Origin: a virus
Lineage: Duplodnaviria; Caudoviricetes
Length of the DNA stretch: 46,939 nucleotides
Virus record (IMG/VR): IMGVR_UViG_3300033406_000010
Coordinates: 1-46,939 of that record
Direction: 5' to 3' (one strand)
Made by a program: the position numbers and the translations under genes
In this document: positions 24,970 to 34,484 of the stretch, in pieces
How the letters are laid out: each line of letters begins with the position of its first letter
How positions within the stretch are numbered: position 1 is the first letter of the stretch
Notes under the pieces: model-generated
The model's input: only the letters and a program-made list of their open reading frames with translations
What the model was told of the DNA's origin: nothing
The model's database searches: none

Positions 24970-26852
24970 GCAACCCGCTCAGCTATCGCTCCCTCGCGGC
25001 GGCCATCATCGCCGCCGCATCCATCTTGGCGCCCCCGCCCAACCTGACCATCAGCCGGTGGGCCGACAGCAAGCGCATCCTCAGCCCCGAGGCCAGCGCC
25101 TCCAAGGGCCGATGGAACACCGACACCGCGCCTTTCCAGCGCGAAATCATGGATGCCATCTGCGATCCCGAGATCCAGGATGTCGTCTGGCAAAAATCGG
25201 CGCAGGTGGGCGCCACCGAGATCCTGCTGAACATCCTGGGCTACTACATCGACCAGGACCCCAGCCCCATCCTCCTGCTCGAACCCACCCTGGAGATGGC
25301 CGAGGCCTTCAGCAAAGACCGCCTCAGCCCCATGCTGCGGGACAGCCCCTGCTTTGCCGGAAAGATCTCCAGCCCCCGTTCCCGCGACGGCGGAAACACT
25401 TTATTGCACAAGGCCTTCCCCGGCGGTCAAATCACCCTGGCGGGTGCCAACAGCCCCTCCAGCCTCGCCATGCGCCCCATCCGCATCGTCCTATGCGACG
25501 AAGTGGACCGCTACCCCGCCAGCGCCGGGGCCGAGGGCTCCCCGGTGCGCCTGGCCTTCAAGCGCACCAACAACTTCTGGAACCGAAAGCGCGTCCAGGT
25601 CGGCACCCCCACCCTCAAGGGTGCCAGCGCCATCGAAAAGGCCTTCCAGCAGTCCGATCAGCGCTTCCGCTACCTGCCGTGCCCCCACTGCGGCGAGTTC
25701 CAGGTGCTCAAGTGGGGAAGGGTGGTCTGGGCCAAGGCCGAGGACGGCACACCCCAGCCCGATACCGCGGTGTACGCCTGCGAGCACTGCGCCGCCCCCA
25801 TCGACCTCGATGCCGAACTCAACGACATGGACCGCAAGGGCAAGTGGATCGCCCACAACCCCCGTTCCAAGGTCGTGGGCTTCCACATCAACGAACTCTA
25901 CAGCCCCTGGAAAAAGCTCCACGAGACCGTGGAAGACTTCCTCGCCGCCAAGTTCGAAGGCCCCGAATCCTTCAAGACCTGGATCAACACCGCCCTGGGC
26001 GAGACCTGGGATCCCCAGGACCACGTAGAGTTGAACGCGGAAGGGATGCTGGCCAGGCGTGAAGCCTACCCCGCCCAGGTCCCTTGGGGCGTCGGCTGCA
26101 TGACGGCAGGCATCGATACCCAGGATGATCGGCTGGAACTGATCGTGAAGGGCTGGGGCAGGGCCAACGAATCCTGGCTCATCCACCGGGAGGTGATCTG
26201 GGGTAGTCCCGCCATGCCCGAAACCTGGGAGAAGCTGGATCGCCTGCTCCTGGAAGGCTACCGCCACGCCTCCGGGCGCCTCCTTTTCATCGAAGCCGCC
26301 GCCGTAGATATTGGCGGATCACACACTCAACACGCCCGCGACTTCGCCAAGCCCCGCATCCCCCGGCGCGTCTTCCCCATCCGGGGCAGCAACCAGCCCG
26401 CCGCCCCACTCATCAAGAAATCCGGAAACAAGCGGATCAAGGAATGGCACATCGGAACCATTGCGGCCAAAGATACCATCCTGCTCACCCGCCTGAAGAT
26501 CGACCAGGTGGGCCCAGGCTACATGCACTTTCCCGTCGCAGATTGGTGCGATCTGGACTACTTCAAGCAGCTCGCCACCTCCGAGCACATCACCAAAGAT
26601 CGCAAAGGCCGCAACCGGCGATGGGAAAAGGTCACACACGACACTCGCAATGAGGCATTGGACTGCGAAGTATACGCCTGGGCCATCTTCACCCTGCTCA
26701 ACATCAAAGCCACCGAAATGGAAGACCGCCTCGCCCGCCTCGAAGCACCCTTTGAACCTCCCCCGCAAGATGCGGCCGTAAATTCTGAAAATTCCCCTAA
26801 ACCCGCACCACCACGCAAACGGCGCGTCCTTTCCAAGGGACTTTTTACCTAA
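24948..26852 (+). CDS. Terminase large subunit (lambda gpA family)
   Basis: KSAQVGATE, LCDEVDRY, CPHCG, GIDTQDDR, RNEALDC. Confidence 0.96.
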   Translation: MSHPGGVGNPLSYRSLAAAIIAAASILAPPPNLTISRWADSKRILSPEASASKGRWNTDTAPFQREIMDAICDPEIQDVVWQKSAQVGATEILLNILGYYIDQDPSPILLLEPTLEMAEAFSKDRLSPMLRDSPCFAGKISSPRSRDGGNTLLHKAFPGGQITLAGANSPSSLAMRPIRIVLCDEVDRYPASAGAEGSPVRLAFKRTNNFWNRKRVQVGTPTLKGASAIEKAFQQSDQRFRYLPCPHCGEFQVLKWGRVVWAKAEDGTPQPDTAVYACEHCAAPIDLDAELNDMDRKGKWIAHNPRSKVVGFHINELYSPWKKLHETVEDFLAAKFEGPESFKTWINTALGETWDPQDHVELNAEGMLARREAYPAQVPWGVGCMTAGIDTQDDRLELIVKGWGRANESWLIHREVIWGSPAMPETWEKLDRLLLEGYRHASGRLLFIEAAAVDIGGSHTQHARDFAKPRIPRRVFPIRGSNQPAAPLIKKSGNKRIKEWHIGTIAAKDTILLTRLKIDQVGPGYMHFPVADWCDLDYFKQLATSEHITKDRKGRNRRWEKVTHDTRNEALDCEVYAWAIFTLLNIKATEMEDRLARLEAPFEPPPQDAAVNSENSPKPAPPRKRRVLSKGLFT

Positions 26853-26860
26853 GGGTTTAA

Positions 26861-26909
26861 TTTTCCCAAAGTGTTTGGGGAAAAAGTCGGGGGTATCAGG
26901 CCGCAGCTT
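26861..26909 (+). promoter_or_regulatory. Activator-type promoter, copy 3 (head-tail operon)
   Basis: TTTTCCCAAAGTGTTTGGGGAAA, 20 bp, CAGCTT, then ATG 6 nt later. Confidence 0.7.
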
Positions 26910-26915
26910 GAATGC

Positions 26916-27131
26916 ATGGACGGCATCACGCTCGACATCGCCAAAGCAAAACTCCAGGAATGGCTGGCAGCGGATAGCGCTGTCGCCAAAAACCAGGAAG
27001 TCTGGGTCGAAGGCCGCCGCATCACCCGGGCTCAGGCCCGGGACATCCGGCGCAACATCGAATTCTGGCAGGGCTGGGTCATGCGCCTACAGCCCCGCCG
27101 CCGACGCGTCTCCTACGTGGTCGGGGGTTGA
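26916..27131 (+). CDS. gpW-like head completion protein
   Basis: Between terminase and portal; AKLQEWLAA...GRRITRA...IEFW. Confidence 0.8.
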   Translation: MDGITLDIAKAKLQEWLAADSAVAKNQEVWVEGRRITRAQARDIRRNIEFWQGWVMRLQPRRRRVSYVVGG

Positions 27132-27133
27132 CG

Positions 27134-28684
27134 ATGAGCCGCCGCGTCAGCACCAACCGACCTGCCAGCATGCTGGTGGACCCCTATGGGCGTCCCATGG
27201 CCAGCTCCGGTGCGTGGAAGGGGGCCCGCAGCGACCGCCGCCAGACCAAAGGCTGGGTCATGGGGGTGGCCGGTAGCGCCGACGAAGACACCCTGCACGA
27301 TCTTCCCCGCCTTCGCGCCCGCTCCCGGCAGCTCCTCCGCGACAACCCCCTTGCCGCCGGGGCCATCAACACCGCCTGCAAGAATGTGGTGGGCTCCGGT
27401 CTGAATCTTCGTGCCGAAGTTGACCGCGAATTCCTGGGCTGGGATGAAGAGACCGCCATCGCCTGGCAGAACCAGGCCGAACGCTACTTCAACATGTGGG
27501 CCCGCACCAAGGCCTCCGACCTCAGCCTGGGCCAGGATTTCTGGGAGCAGCAGGATCTGGCCTTCCGCACCACCCTGGAAAGCGGCGATGCCCTGGCCCT
27601 CTTCTGCTACCGGAAGCACCCCAGCAGCCCCTTCGGCCTGGCGGTGCAGTTGGTCGAAGGCGACCGCATCAGCAACCCCAGCGGCCAACCAGACAGCAGC
27701 ACCCTGGTTTCCGGCGTGGTGCTCGACAGCAACAGTGCCCCCCAGGCCTACCAGGTGGCCGATCAGCACCCCGGTGCCCGCCTGCTCAGTTCCCGCACCT
27801 GGACCCCTCGCAAAGCCTTCAGCCCCACCGGGCGGCGAATCGCCCAGCACCTCTTCGTGCGCCTGCGCCCCGACCAGCACCGGGGTGTGCCCTACCTCAG
27901 CCCTGTCATCGAGGCCCTGAAGGAATTGGGGGAATACACGGATGGCGAACTCCGCGCTGCCGTGGTTTCCGGACTCTACACGGCCTTCGTAGAAACCCCC
28001 GCTGGCATAGACCCTGCCACGGGGGAACCGATCGTTAATTCCGGCGGCGACGATGACCGCGAGTTTGAACTGGGATACGGAGCCGTGATCCACGGCGAAC
28101 CCGGCGAGAAGATCAGCACCACCACCCCAGGCCGCCCCAACGTCGCCTTCGATCCCTTCGTTCTCGCCCTCCTGCGCCAGGTGGGCGTGGCCCTGGAAAT
28201 CCCCTACGAGATCCTGATCCAGCATTTCACCGCCAGCTACAGCGCCGCCCGCGCCGCCATCCTGGAACTGGCCAAGTTCATCCGCCGCCGCCGGTACTGG
28301 CTGGCCGCCAACTTCTGCCAGCCCTGCTACGAGGCCCTACTGGAAGAGGCCATCGCGGCGGGCTACCTGGAGGCCCCCGGCTTCTTCGATGACCCCATGA
28401 AGCGCCTGGCCTACTGCGGGGCTACCTGGGTCGGCGATGCCCTTGGCCAGATCGACCCCCTGAAAGAAGCCAACGCCTGGAAGGTGCTGAAAGACGAGTT
28501 CCATGTGCCCGAAAGCGAGGCCGTGGCTGCCCTCACCGGCAACGACTGGGAACGGGGAGCCGAGCGCCGCGCCTACGAGGTCAAGCGACTCGCCGCCCTG
28601 CACCTTCCCCTGTCCGCTGCCCAGGGCAACGCCGCCGCCACCCAGCCCGAACCGCCGCCCGTGGACCAGGAGGACCAGCCATGA
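27134..28684 (+). CDS. Portal protein (lambda family)
   Basis: LRARSRQL, RPDQHRGVP, SYSAARAA, IDPLKE. Confidence 0.96.
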   Translation: MSRRVSTNRPASMLVDPYGRPMASSGAWKGARSDRRQTKGWVMGVAGSADEDTLHDLPRLRARSRQLLRDNPLAAGAINTACKNVVGSGLNLRAEVDREFLGWDEETAIAWQNQAERYFNMWARTKASDLSLGQDFWEQQDLAFRTTLESGDALALFCYRKHPSSPFGLAVQLVEGDRISNPSGQPDSSTLVSGVVLDSNSAPQAYQVADQHPGARLLSSRTWTPRKAFSPTGRRIAQHLFVRLRPDQHRGVPYLSPVIEALKELGEYTDGELRAAVVSGLYTAFVETPAGIDPATGEPIVNSGGDDDREFELGYGAVIHGEPGEKISTTTPGRPNVAFDPFVLALLRQVGVALEIPYEILIQHFTASYSAARAAILELAKFIRRRRYWLAANFCQPCYEALLEEAIAAGYLEAPGFFDDPMKRLAYCGATWVGDALGQIDPLKEANAWKVLKDEFHVPESEAVAALTGNDWERGAERRAYEVKRLAALHLPLSAAQGNAAATQPEPPPVDQEDQP

Positions 28685-30150
28685 AGCTCCTCGACATCAT
28701 GACCAGCCCCTGGGCCATCATGGCCAATCGGTTTGAGCAGATCATCGATATCTACAACGCCCATATCGTGGGGCCCAAGATCGATATAGCCGCCCTGGAG
28801 GCCCGCCTGGGCAAGCCCTTGGGCCGCAACCGGCGCGAACTCATCGGCCAAGTCACCGATGGCGTGGCCGTGCTGGACCTGGAAGGCCCCCTGGCCAAGC
28901 GCATGAGCAGCGTTTCCGCCGCCTGCGAGGGCACCAGCACCAACCTGATCTTCGATTACTTCACCCAGGCCCTGGAGGATCCCAGCGTCAAGGCCATCGT
29001 CCTCAACATCGACAGCCCCGGCGGCACCGTGGACGGCACCATGGACCTGGCGCGGGCCATCTACGCTGCCCGTGGCCGCAAGCCCATCGTGGCCCTGGCG
29101 GATGGGTGCATGTGCAGCGCCGCCTACTGGATCGGTGCCGCCTGCGATTCGGTATGGCTGGCCAACGATACGACCGTGGCGGGCAGCATTGGCGTGGTCT
29201 GCACCCACGTTGACCGCTCCGAGGCCTACAAGAAGGCCGGTCTGGTGGTCACCGAAATCACGGCGGGCGAGTTCAAGCGGGTGCTGACCGACACCAAGCC
29301 GCTGACCAAGGAAGGCAAGGACTTCCTGAAGTCCATGGCTGACGACATCTACACCCTTTTCGTCGAAGACATTTCCACCTTCCGGGGCGTGCCAGTGGGG
29401 CAGGTCCTGGATCAGATGGCCGAAGGCCGCGTGTTCATGGGCCAGAAGGCGATCGCGGCAGGACTGGCGGACGGTGTTTCCAGCCTCGATGCCCTGATTT
29501 CCTCCCTCTCCCAAGGACAGGCTCCCCAGAAGCCCCGGGCCGGTGCTGCCCGTTCGTCCACAACCCCCACTTCCAAGGAGGTCACCATGACCTATACCCG
29601 CGAGGATCTGGACGCCAACGCCCCGGACCTCGTTTCCCAGCTCAAGGCCGAAGGAAAGGCCGAGGCCCAGACGGAATACAGCGCCCAGCTCGACGCCGCC
29701 AAGGCCGAGTTCGAACAGAGCGCGGAAGCCACCAAGAAGGTGTTGGAAGAGGCTACCGCCACCCAGGCCCAGGCCATCACCAACGCCGTCACCGCCGAGA
29801 CCGCCCGCATCAAGGGCATCTTCGAGGCCGCCGATGGCCTGGACCTCAAACCCGAACTCGTGGCCGGTCTCGCCTTCGATGGCAAGACCACCGCCGCCGA
29901 GGCCTCCGTGTCCTTCCTCAGGGCCGTCAAGGCCCAGGGCCCCCTCAACCGGATCATCTCCGAAGCCTCCAAGCCCGTGGGCTTCGGCGGCACACCTGGG
30001 GGCGATGCCTCCGCTGATTCCGATCTGCGCTCCCGCTGGGAGTCCAGCGCCTCCATCCGCAACCTCTACGGCACCTTCGAAGCCTTTTCCCAGGCTCAGG
30101 ATGCCGCAGAAGCGGCCTTCAAGGATGGCCGCATTCGAACCAAGAATTGA
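28681..30150 (+). CDS. S49 prohead protease with C-terminal scaffold
   Basis: IDSPGG, CSAAYWI, GSIGV; Ala/Glu-rich tail with an internal RBS-ATG near 29587. Confidence 0.93.
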   Translation: MKLLDIMTSPWAIMANRFEQIIDIYNAHIVGPKIDIAALEARLGKPLGRNRRELIGQVTDGVAVLDLEGPLAKRMSSVSAACEGTSTNLIFDYFTQALEDPSVKAIVLNIDSPGGTVDGTMDLARAIYAARGRKPIVALADGCMCSAAYWIGAACDSVWLANDTTVAGSIGVVCTHVDRSEAYKKAGLVVTEITAGEFKRVLTDTKPLTKEGKDFLKSMADDIYTLFVEDISTFRGVPVGQVLDQMAEGRVFMGQKAIAAGLADGVSSLDALISSLSQGQAPQKPRAGAARSSTTPTSKEVTMTYTREDLDANAPDLVSQLKAEGKAEAQTEYSAQLDAAKAEFEQSAEATKKVLEEATATQAQAITNAVTAETARIKGIFEAADGLDLKPELVAGLAFDGKTTAAEASVSFLRAVKAQGPLNRIISEASKPVGFGGTPGGDASADSDLRSRWESSASIRNLYGTFEAFSQAQDAAEAAFKDGRIRTKN

Positions 30151-30158
30151 GGTGATTC

Positions 30159-30569
30159 ATGGCTGCAACGAAAGACCGATTCCTCAAGTTCGAGGTGGGC
30201 GACTACAGCCACCTCCCCCTGGCGGCCTCCGCCAAGGTCTACAAGCACACCTACATGGGCCAGGTTTCCGGCACCAACACTTTCCGGCCCCTGGTTGCGG
30301 CTGACAAGTTCGCTGGCGTGTCTACGGACAGCGCCGACAACACCGGGGGCGCTGCGGGCGCCGTGGATGTCCCGGTCAAGCGCGAAGGCCGCCTGCTGGA
30401 ATCCGTGACCGGCGCCACCGCCTCCACCGCCCTTGGCACCAGCGTGTACGCCAGTGCTGACGACACCCTCACCCTCACCGCCAGCGGCAATTCCCTGATG
30501 GGCAAGATCGGCGGCTACGACGTGGCCACCAGCAAGTCCGTCGTCGATTTCTGGGCCGCCGGGATTTAA
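30159..30569 (+). CDS. Capsid cement/decoration protein
   Basis: Small Gly/Ala/Thr-rich protein before the capsid gene; VYASADDT. Confidence 0.75.
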   Translation: MAATKDRFLKFEVGDYSHLPLAASAKVYKHTYMGQVSGTNTFRPLVAADKFAGVSTDSADNTGGAAGAVDVPVKREGRLLESVTGATASTALGTSVYASADDTLTLTASGNSLMGKIGGYDVATSKSVVDFWAAGI

Positions 30570-30581
30570 GGAGAAACCACC

Positions 30582-31523
30582 ATGGCATTTACCGACCGCC
30601 TTCAGTCCCGGGATGTCATTCCCCTCATCATCAACGCGCTGGACGCTCCCCCCGCGCCCTGGTTCGGTGACCTCACCAACAAGGTCACCTCGGACAAGGA
30701 TTCCGAGGTCTACACCTGGCTGGGCAGCGCTCCCAAAATGACCCCATGGAAGGGCGGCCGCAAGCCCGCCACCCTGGGCAAGAACGAGTTCCGGATCCCC
30801 AACCTCGAATTCGAAGCCTCGCTGGAGATCCCCACCCTTTGGCTCCGCCGCGATCACACCGGCCAGATCCGACTGAAGATCGCCGAGCTGGGCGAATCCG
30901 CCGCCGATCACAAGTTCGATCTGATCAGCGCGACCATCGATAGCGCCGGTTCCACCGTGTGCTACGACGGCCAGTATTTCTTCGATACGGACCATCAGGA
31001 GGGCGAGAGCCCGGTCCAGTCCAACATCAAGAGCGTCGACATCGGCACCCCCACGGCCCCCACCGCCGCCGAACTGGAATCCTCCATCCTCAGCGGCATC
31101 GAGGCCATGTATGGCATCGTGGATGACAAGGGGCGCAAGACCAACGGCAGCGCCAAGCGCTTCGGCGTCATGGTCCCGCTGAACTACATGCGCGCCCTGG
31201 GCACCGCCCTCAAGGCGGATGTCCTCATCGAAGGCGGCGCGGCCCGCAGCTCCAACATGCGTGCCGTGGGCAGCCTCATGGGCCTTTCCATCGAGGGCAT
31301 CGTCAATCCCCGGCTCAGCTGGACCGACAAGTTCGCCATCTTCCGCATGGATGGCGCGGTGAAGCCCTTCGTCTGGCAGGTCGAGCAGGATCCCGTCACC
31401 AGCGTGCTGGCCGAGGGGTCTGACGAAGAGGTGAAGAACAAGCGCTGGCTCTTCGCCATCGATGCCTCCTACAACACCGGCCTCAACCAGTGGCGCGGCG
31501 CCATGCAGGTGCAGCACACCTGA
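30582..31523 (+). CDS. Major capsid protein (Mu gpT-like)
   Basis: YTWLG..P.M..W.G.R and CYDGQYFFDTDH. Confidence 0.93.
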   Translation: MAFTDRLQSRDVIPLIINALDAPPAPWFGDLTNKVTSDKDSEVYTWLGSAPKMTPWKGGRKPATLGKNEFRIPNLEFEASLEIPTLWLRRDHTGQIRLKIAELGESAADHKFDLISATIDSAGSTVCYDGQYFFDTDHQEGESPVQSNIKSVDIGTPTAPTAAELESSILSGIEAMYGIVDDKGRKTNGSAKRFGVMVPLNYMRALGTALKADVLIEGGAARSSNMRAVGSLMGLSIEGIVNPRLSWTDKFAIFRMDGAVKPFVWQVEQDPVTSVLAEGSDEEVKNKRWLFAIDASYNTGLNQWRGAMQVQHT

Positions 31524-31570
31524 TGCCCTATGCCCCGGGGGGAGGTTCTGCCTCCCCCCTTGGAGGACCC

Positions 31571-32020
31571 ATGAAGTACTACACCGTACTGGCCTTTGCC
31601 CAAATCGCCGTGGGAACGCTCGCCCTTACCCCCGCCCAGGCCAGAACCCGAACCCACGCCCTGAAGGCCCTGGGGCATGACCACTACGAGGTCATTGCTC
31701 CCGTGGAATTCAAGATCGGGGAGACCTTCGGGTATGACCTGGAACTCCCTCGAACCCTGGCGCTGGCGCTGGAGGAGGAGAAGGAACAATCCCCATCCCT
31801 GGAAGACATGACCAAGGCCCAGCTCCAGGCTTTCGCCAAGGAACTGGGGCTTTCCCTGGCCAGCAACCTTTCCAAGGCCTCCCTCCTTGATTCCATCAAG
31901 GTCCGTCAGGACGAGCTGCTGGCCCTCCAGACCGCCCGCATCGCCGACCTGGAGGCCAAGGGCGAAGCCCTGACCGACAAGGAAAAGGCCGAGCTGGCCG
32001 CTCTGAAAGGAGGTGCCTGA
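31571..32020 (+). CDS. Head-associated protein with HeH/Rho-N-like motif
   Basis: MTKAQLQAFAKELGL...SKASLLDSI. Confidence 0.6.
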   Translation: MKYYTVLAFAQIAVGTLALTPAQARTRTHALKALGHDHYEVIAPVEFKIGETFGYDLELPRTLALALEEEKEQSPSLEDMTKAQLQAFAKELGLSLASNLSKASLLDSIKVRQDELLALQTARIADLEAKGEALTDKEKAELAALKGGA

Positions 32021-32235
32021 TGGCCACCACCCGCGCGAAGTTCAAGGTCAATTCCATTGCCCAGCATGAACACGGTTTTCGGACCGTGATCCTCTTCCCG
32101 GTCTGCGATGGGCCGAACGGCTTCTGGAAATATACCCCCCAGGGTCGACTCGAAATGGGCCTATCCAAGGACTGCCAGGCCGAATTCCACCCTGGCCAGG
32201 AGTTCTTCGTCGACTTCACCCCCGTGGAGCCCTGA
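32020..32235 (+). CDS. Small conserved hypothetical protein
   Basis: RAKFKV...FWKYTPQG...FFVDFT; GGAGG RBS. Confidence 0.7.
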   Translation: MATTRAKFKVNSIAQHEHGFRTVILFPVCDGPNGFWKYTPQGRLEMGLSKDCQAEFHPGQEFFVDFTPVEP

Positions 32236-32236
32236 C

Positions 32237-32551
32237 ATGTCCGCCCTGGCCGCCGACCTCATTGCCGACTGTCCGGATGCCGTGGTGGTGACCTTCAACG
32301 GGGTCACCACCCCCGGCCTCTGGCTCCAGCGGATCCAGACCGAGGATGCTTCGGGTCACCTGAATGTCTTGGCCACCGCCGAGCACCTGGTGATCGAGAC
32401 CAACAGCCTCCCCGGCCTGGCCCGGAAGTCCACCCTGAGTTTCCAGGAGAACGAGGACTACGGCGGCGCCACCCACACCCGGCGGGTGACCGAGATTCGC
32501 CCCAAGGACGATGACCGGATCCTCACCCGCCTATTCCTGGAGCTGGTCTGA
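32237..32551 (+). CDS. Head-tail joining protein
   Basis: Size, beta-rich sequence and synteny. Confidence 0.6.
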   Translation: MSALAADLIADCPDAVVVTFNGVTTPGLWLQRIQTEDASGHLNVLATAEHLVIETNSLPGLARKSTLSFQENEDYGGATHTRRVTEIRPKDDDRILTRLFLELV

Positions 32552-32994
32552 TGCCCATGGCGGATGATGTCGTTCTGACGGCCTGGCAGCTCCTCAAGGA
32601 TGCGCCGGGCCGCCCCGCCGCCCTGGCGGTGGATAAGATCCTCCCCCACGAGGACCTGCCCCAGGAGCCCGCCGAACTGCCCGCCGTCGGGATCTACCTT
32701 CTCGACGATCAGCAGAACGCCGAAAGCGGATCTGGCACCTCCCAGCGCAGCGCCCTGATCGAAATCCAGATCGATGTGCGCATCGGGGAAGGGGAGAACT
32801 ACCTGAGCGCCACCCGGGCCTACCGCGCCTGGGTCCTCAGGGCCCTGCTCCCCAATGACCCCATGGACTCCGGCATCAGTGGAGCCGAACACCTTTCCAC
32901 CAAGCCCGGCGTCATCCCCGGCAACGCCCGCATGGCCGTCGCCTTGGTCCAGATCTCCGTCCCCTTTGAACACGACCCCTTTGAGGAGGCCTAG
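32551..32994 (+). CDS. Tail terminator-like protein
   Basis: ELPAVGIY motif; position before the tube gene. Confidence 0.6.
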   Translation: MPMADDVVLTAWQLLKDAPGRPAALAVDKILPHEDLPQEPAELPAVGIYLLDDQQNAESGSGTSQRSALIEIQIDVRIGEGENYLSATRAYRAWVLRALLPNDPMDSGISGAEHLSTKPGVIPGNARMAVALVQISVPFEHDPFEEA

Positions 32995-33186
32995 ATGCCT
33001 ACCGCCATTTCCCACGACCGCACCCTCTGCCTGAACAGCAGCAACGACCCTTCCATCCCCGCCGAGGGCCTGGAGCTGGTGGCCAATAAGGCCATCCCCG
33101 TCAGCGCCGCCCAGGCCACCTACCTGAAGACCCTCCAGGGCGTCGACGTCCAGGATGACCCCACCCCCAAGAAAGGAAAGGAGTAG
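32995..33186 (+). CDS. Small hypothetical virion-module protein
   Basis: GAGGAGG RBS; in operon. Confidence 0.6.
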   Translation: MPTAISHDRTLCLNSSNDPSIPAEGLELVANKAIPVSAAQATYLKTLQGVDVQDDPTPKKGKE

Positions 33187-33189
33187 ACC

Positions 33190-33855
33190 ATGGCCATTGC
33201 AACCTTCAACCGCAAAGCCCTTGAGGCCTCCGCCGGGAAAGCCTACCTGCTGGCCAGCCCCACCACCGTAGTGGGCGTCACCACCGCCGCCATCGTCAAG
33301 GAGCTCTTCGGGGCCTTCCTGGCGGATGGCGATATCCGGCTTGCCCTCAAGGCGGGCATCACCCCCTGGGCCGTCCTCGACAAGAACGGCTTCAAGGCCA
33401 AGCTCAAGGCCAAGGAAATCAAGGTCGACCCCAACGATGGCCCCGAGGAGATCATCGGTTTCGAGGTCATTGAGGCCGATGGTGAACTCACCATCTACGA
33501 CACCGACGTGCAGCACATGAAGGACATCCTTTCCGCCAGCGCCGCCCAGGTGCTCGCCCTCGCCGCCAGCGCCACCCAGGCGGGCCGCGAAACCCTTCTG
33601 GCCGGTGGTCAGCGGATTCCCACGGACTACATGTTCCTCTACCGCTACCCCAGCCGCCAGGTGCCCGGCGAGTTCCGCCACATCCTCATCCCCCGCTGCC
33701 AGATCGTGCTGGATGCCGATGTCGAGTACAGCAAGAGCAAGGCCAAGGATCTCAAGGTCAAGCTCAACGTCCTCCCCTTCGACCTCCTGCCCGACCCCAC
33801 CACCGGCTTCGGCGTGTGCTGGCTCGAAGACTACGTGACTGCGGCCCATAGCTGA
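33190..33855 (+). CDS. Major tail tube protein
   Basis: 221 aa, before chaperone and tape measure genes; no sheath gene present. Confidence 0.75.
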   Translation: MAIATFNRKALEASAGKAYLLASPTTVVGVTTAAIVKELFGAFLADGDIRLALKAGITPWAVLDKNGFKAKLKAKEIKVDPNDGPEEIIGFEVIEADGELTIYDTDVQHMKDILSASAAQVLALAASATQAGRETLLAGGQRIPTDYMFLYRYPSRQVPGEFRHILIPRCQIVLDADVEYSKSKAKDLKVKLNVLPFDLLPDPTTGFGVCWLEDYVTAAHS

Positions 33856-33863
33856 GGTGAGGC

Positions 33864-34286
33864 ATGACGAAGCTATGTGATGCCCAGGTCGAACACCTGA
33901 TGGCCGTCTTCGCCGACGTGGACCTGAGCCCCCTGGCTCAGGCCCTCTCCGGCGGGAGTTTCCTGGACGTGCTCATGCTGGTCCCCATGCTGGGTCAGGT
34001 GCGGGAAAAGCGCCTCCTCCGCCGTCTCTCCGGCATTCTTGCCTCCAGCGCCCAGGAACTCCTGGATGCCGAGGCCGATGATGCCAAGTGGGCGGGGATC
34101 GAAGCCAAGGGCGCGGCCCGAGCCTGGGAGGAGACCCGGCAGGAACTGGCGGATTTTTTCGGTGGTCTCGGGATATCCAAGGTCGGTACCCCCGGCTCTT
34201 TGGAAATGCTGACGAATCTGATGATGCAGATGAATCCGCCCGTTCCCCCCGAAACGACCCGCGAACCTTCCCTCTCCGGCGACTGA
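33864..34286 (+). CDS. Tail assembly chaperone (G)
   Basis: Synteny; contains the slippery site. Confidence 0.7.
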   Translation: MTKLCDAQVEHLMAVFADVDLSPLAQALSGGSFLDVLMLVPMLGQVREKRLLRRLSGILASSAQELLDAEADDAKWAGIEAKGAARAWEETRQELADFFGGLGISKVGTPGSLEMLTNLMMQMNPPVPPETTREPSLSGD

Positions 34287-34483
34287 TCAGCCAGCAGGCG
34301 GGGGGCTGGGACCACGCGGCCCGGCTCCCCGCTGAAACGGCCTTCGCCTGGGCTGATGACCTGCTCCGCACCAAGGCGTGGGACGGCTACCGCTTCGCCC
34401 TCAACTTCTACGGCCACATCGTGACCGCCCACGCCATGGGCGGCGGCGAAGTCCCAGACCCACCCGAACCCCCCGAGGATTGA
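34154..34483 (+). CDS. Tail chaperone -1 frameshift extension (GT)
   Basis: T-TTT-TTC heptamer at 34154-34160; -1 frame open to 34483, ending just before the tape measure gene. Confidence 0.7.
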   Translation, partial: FFRWSRDIQGRYPRLFGNADESDDADESARSPRNDPRTFPLRRLISQQAGGWDHAARLPAETAFAWADDLLRTKAWDGYRFALNFYGHIVTAHAMGGGEVPDPPEPPED

Positions 34484-34484
34484 C

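Noticed and set aside
14833-26883. The 23-bp palindromes as recombination sites or terminators
   Set aside because: Central bases differ between copies, all three sit upstream of operons, and all keep a fixed 20-bp distance to a -10-like hexamer, which fits activator sites better
30582-31523. Mu-like transposable phage
   Set aside because: The gpT-type capsid and Mor-like gene occur with a tyrosine integrase, tRNA att sites and lambda-type terminase; no transposase is present
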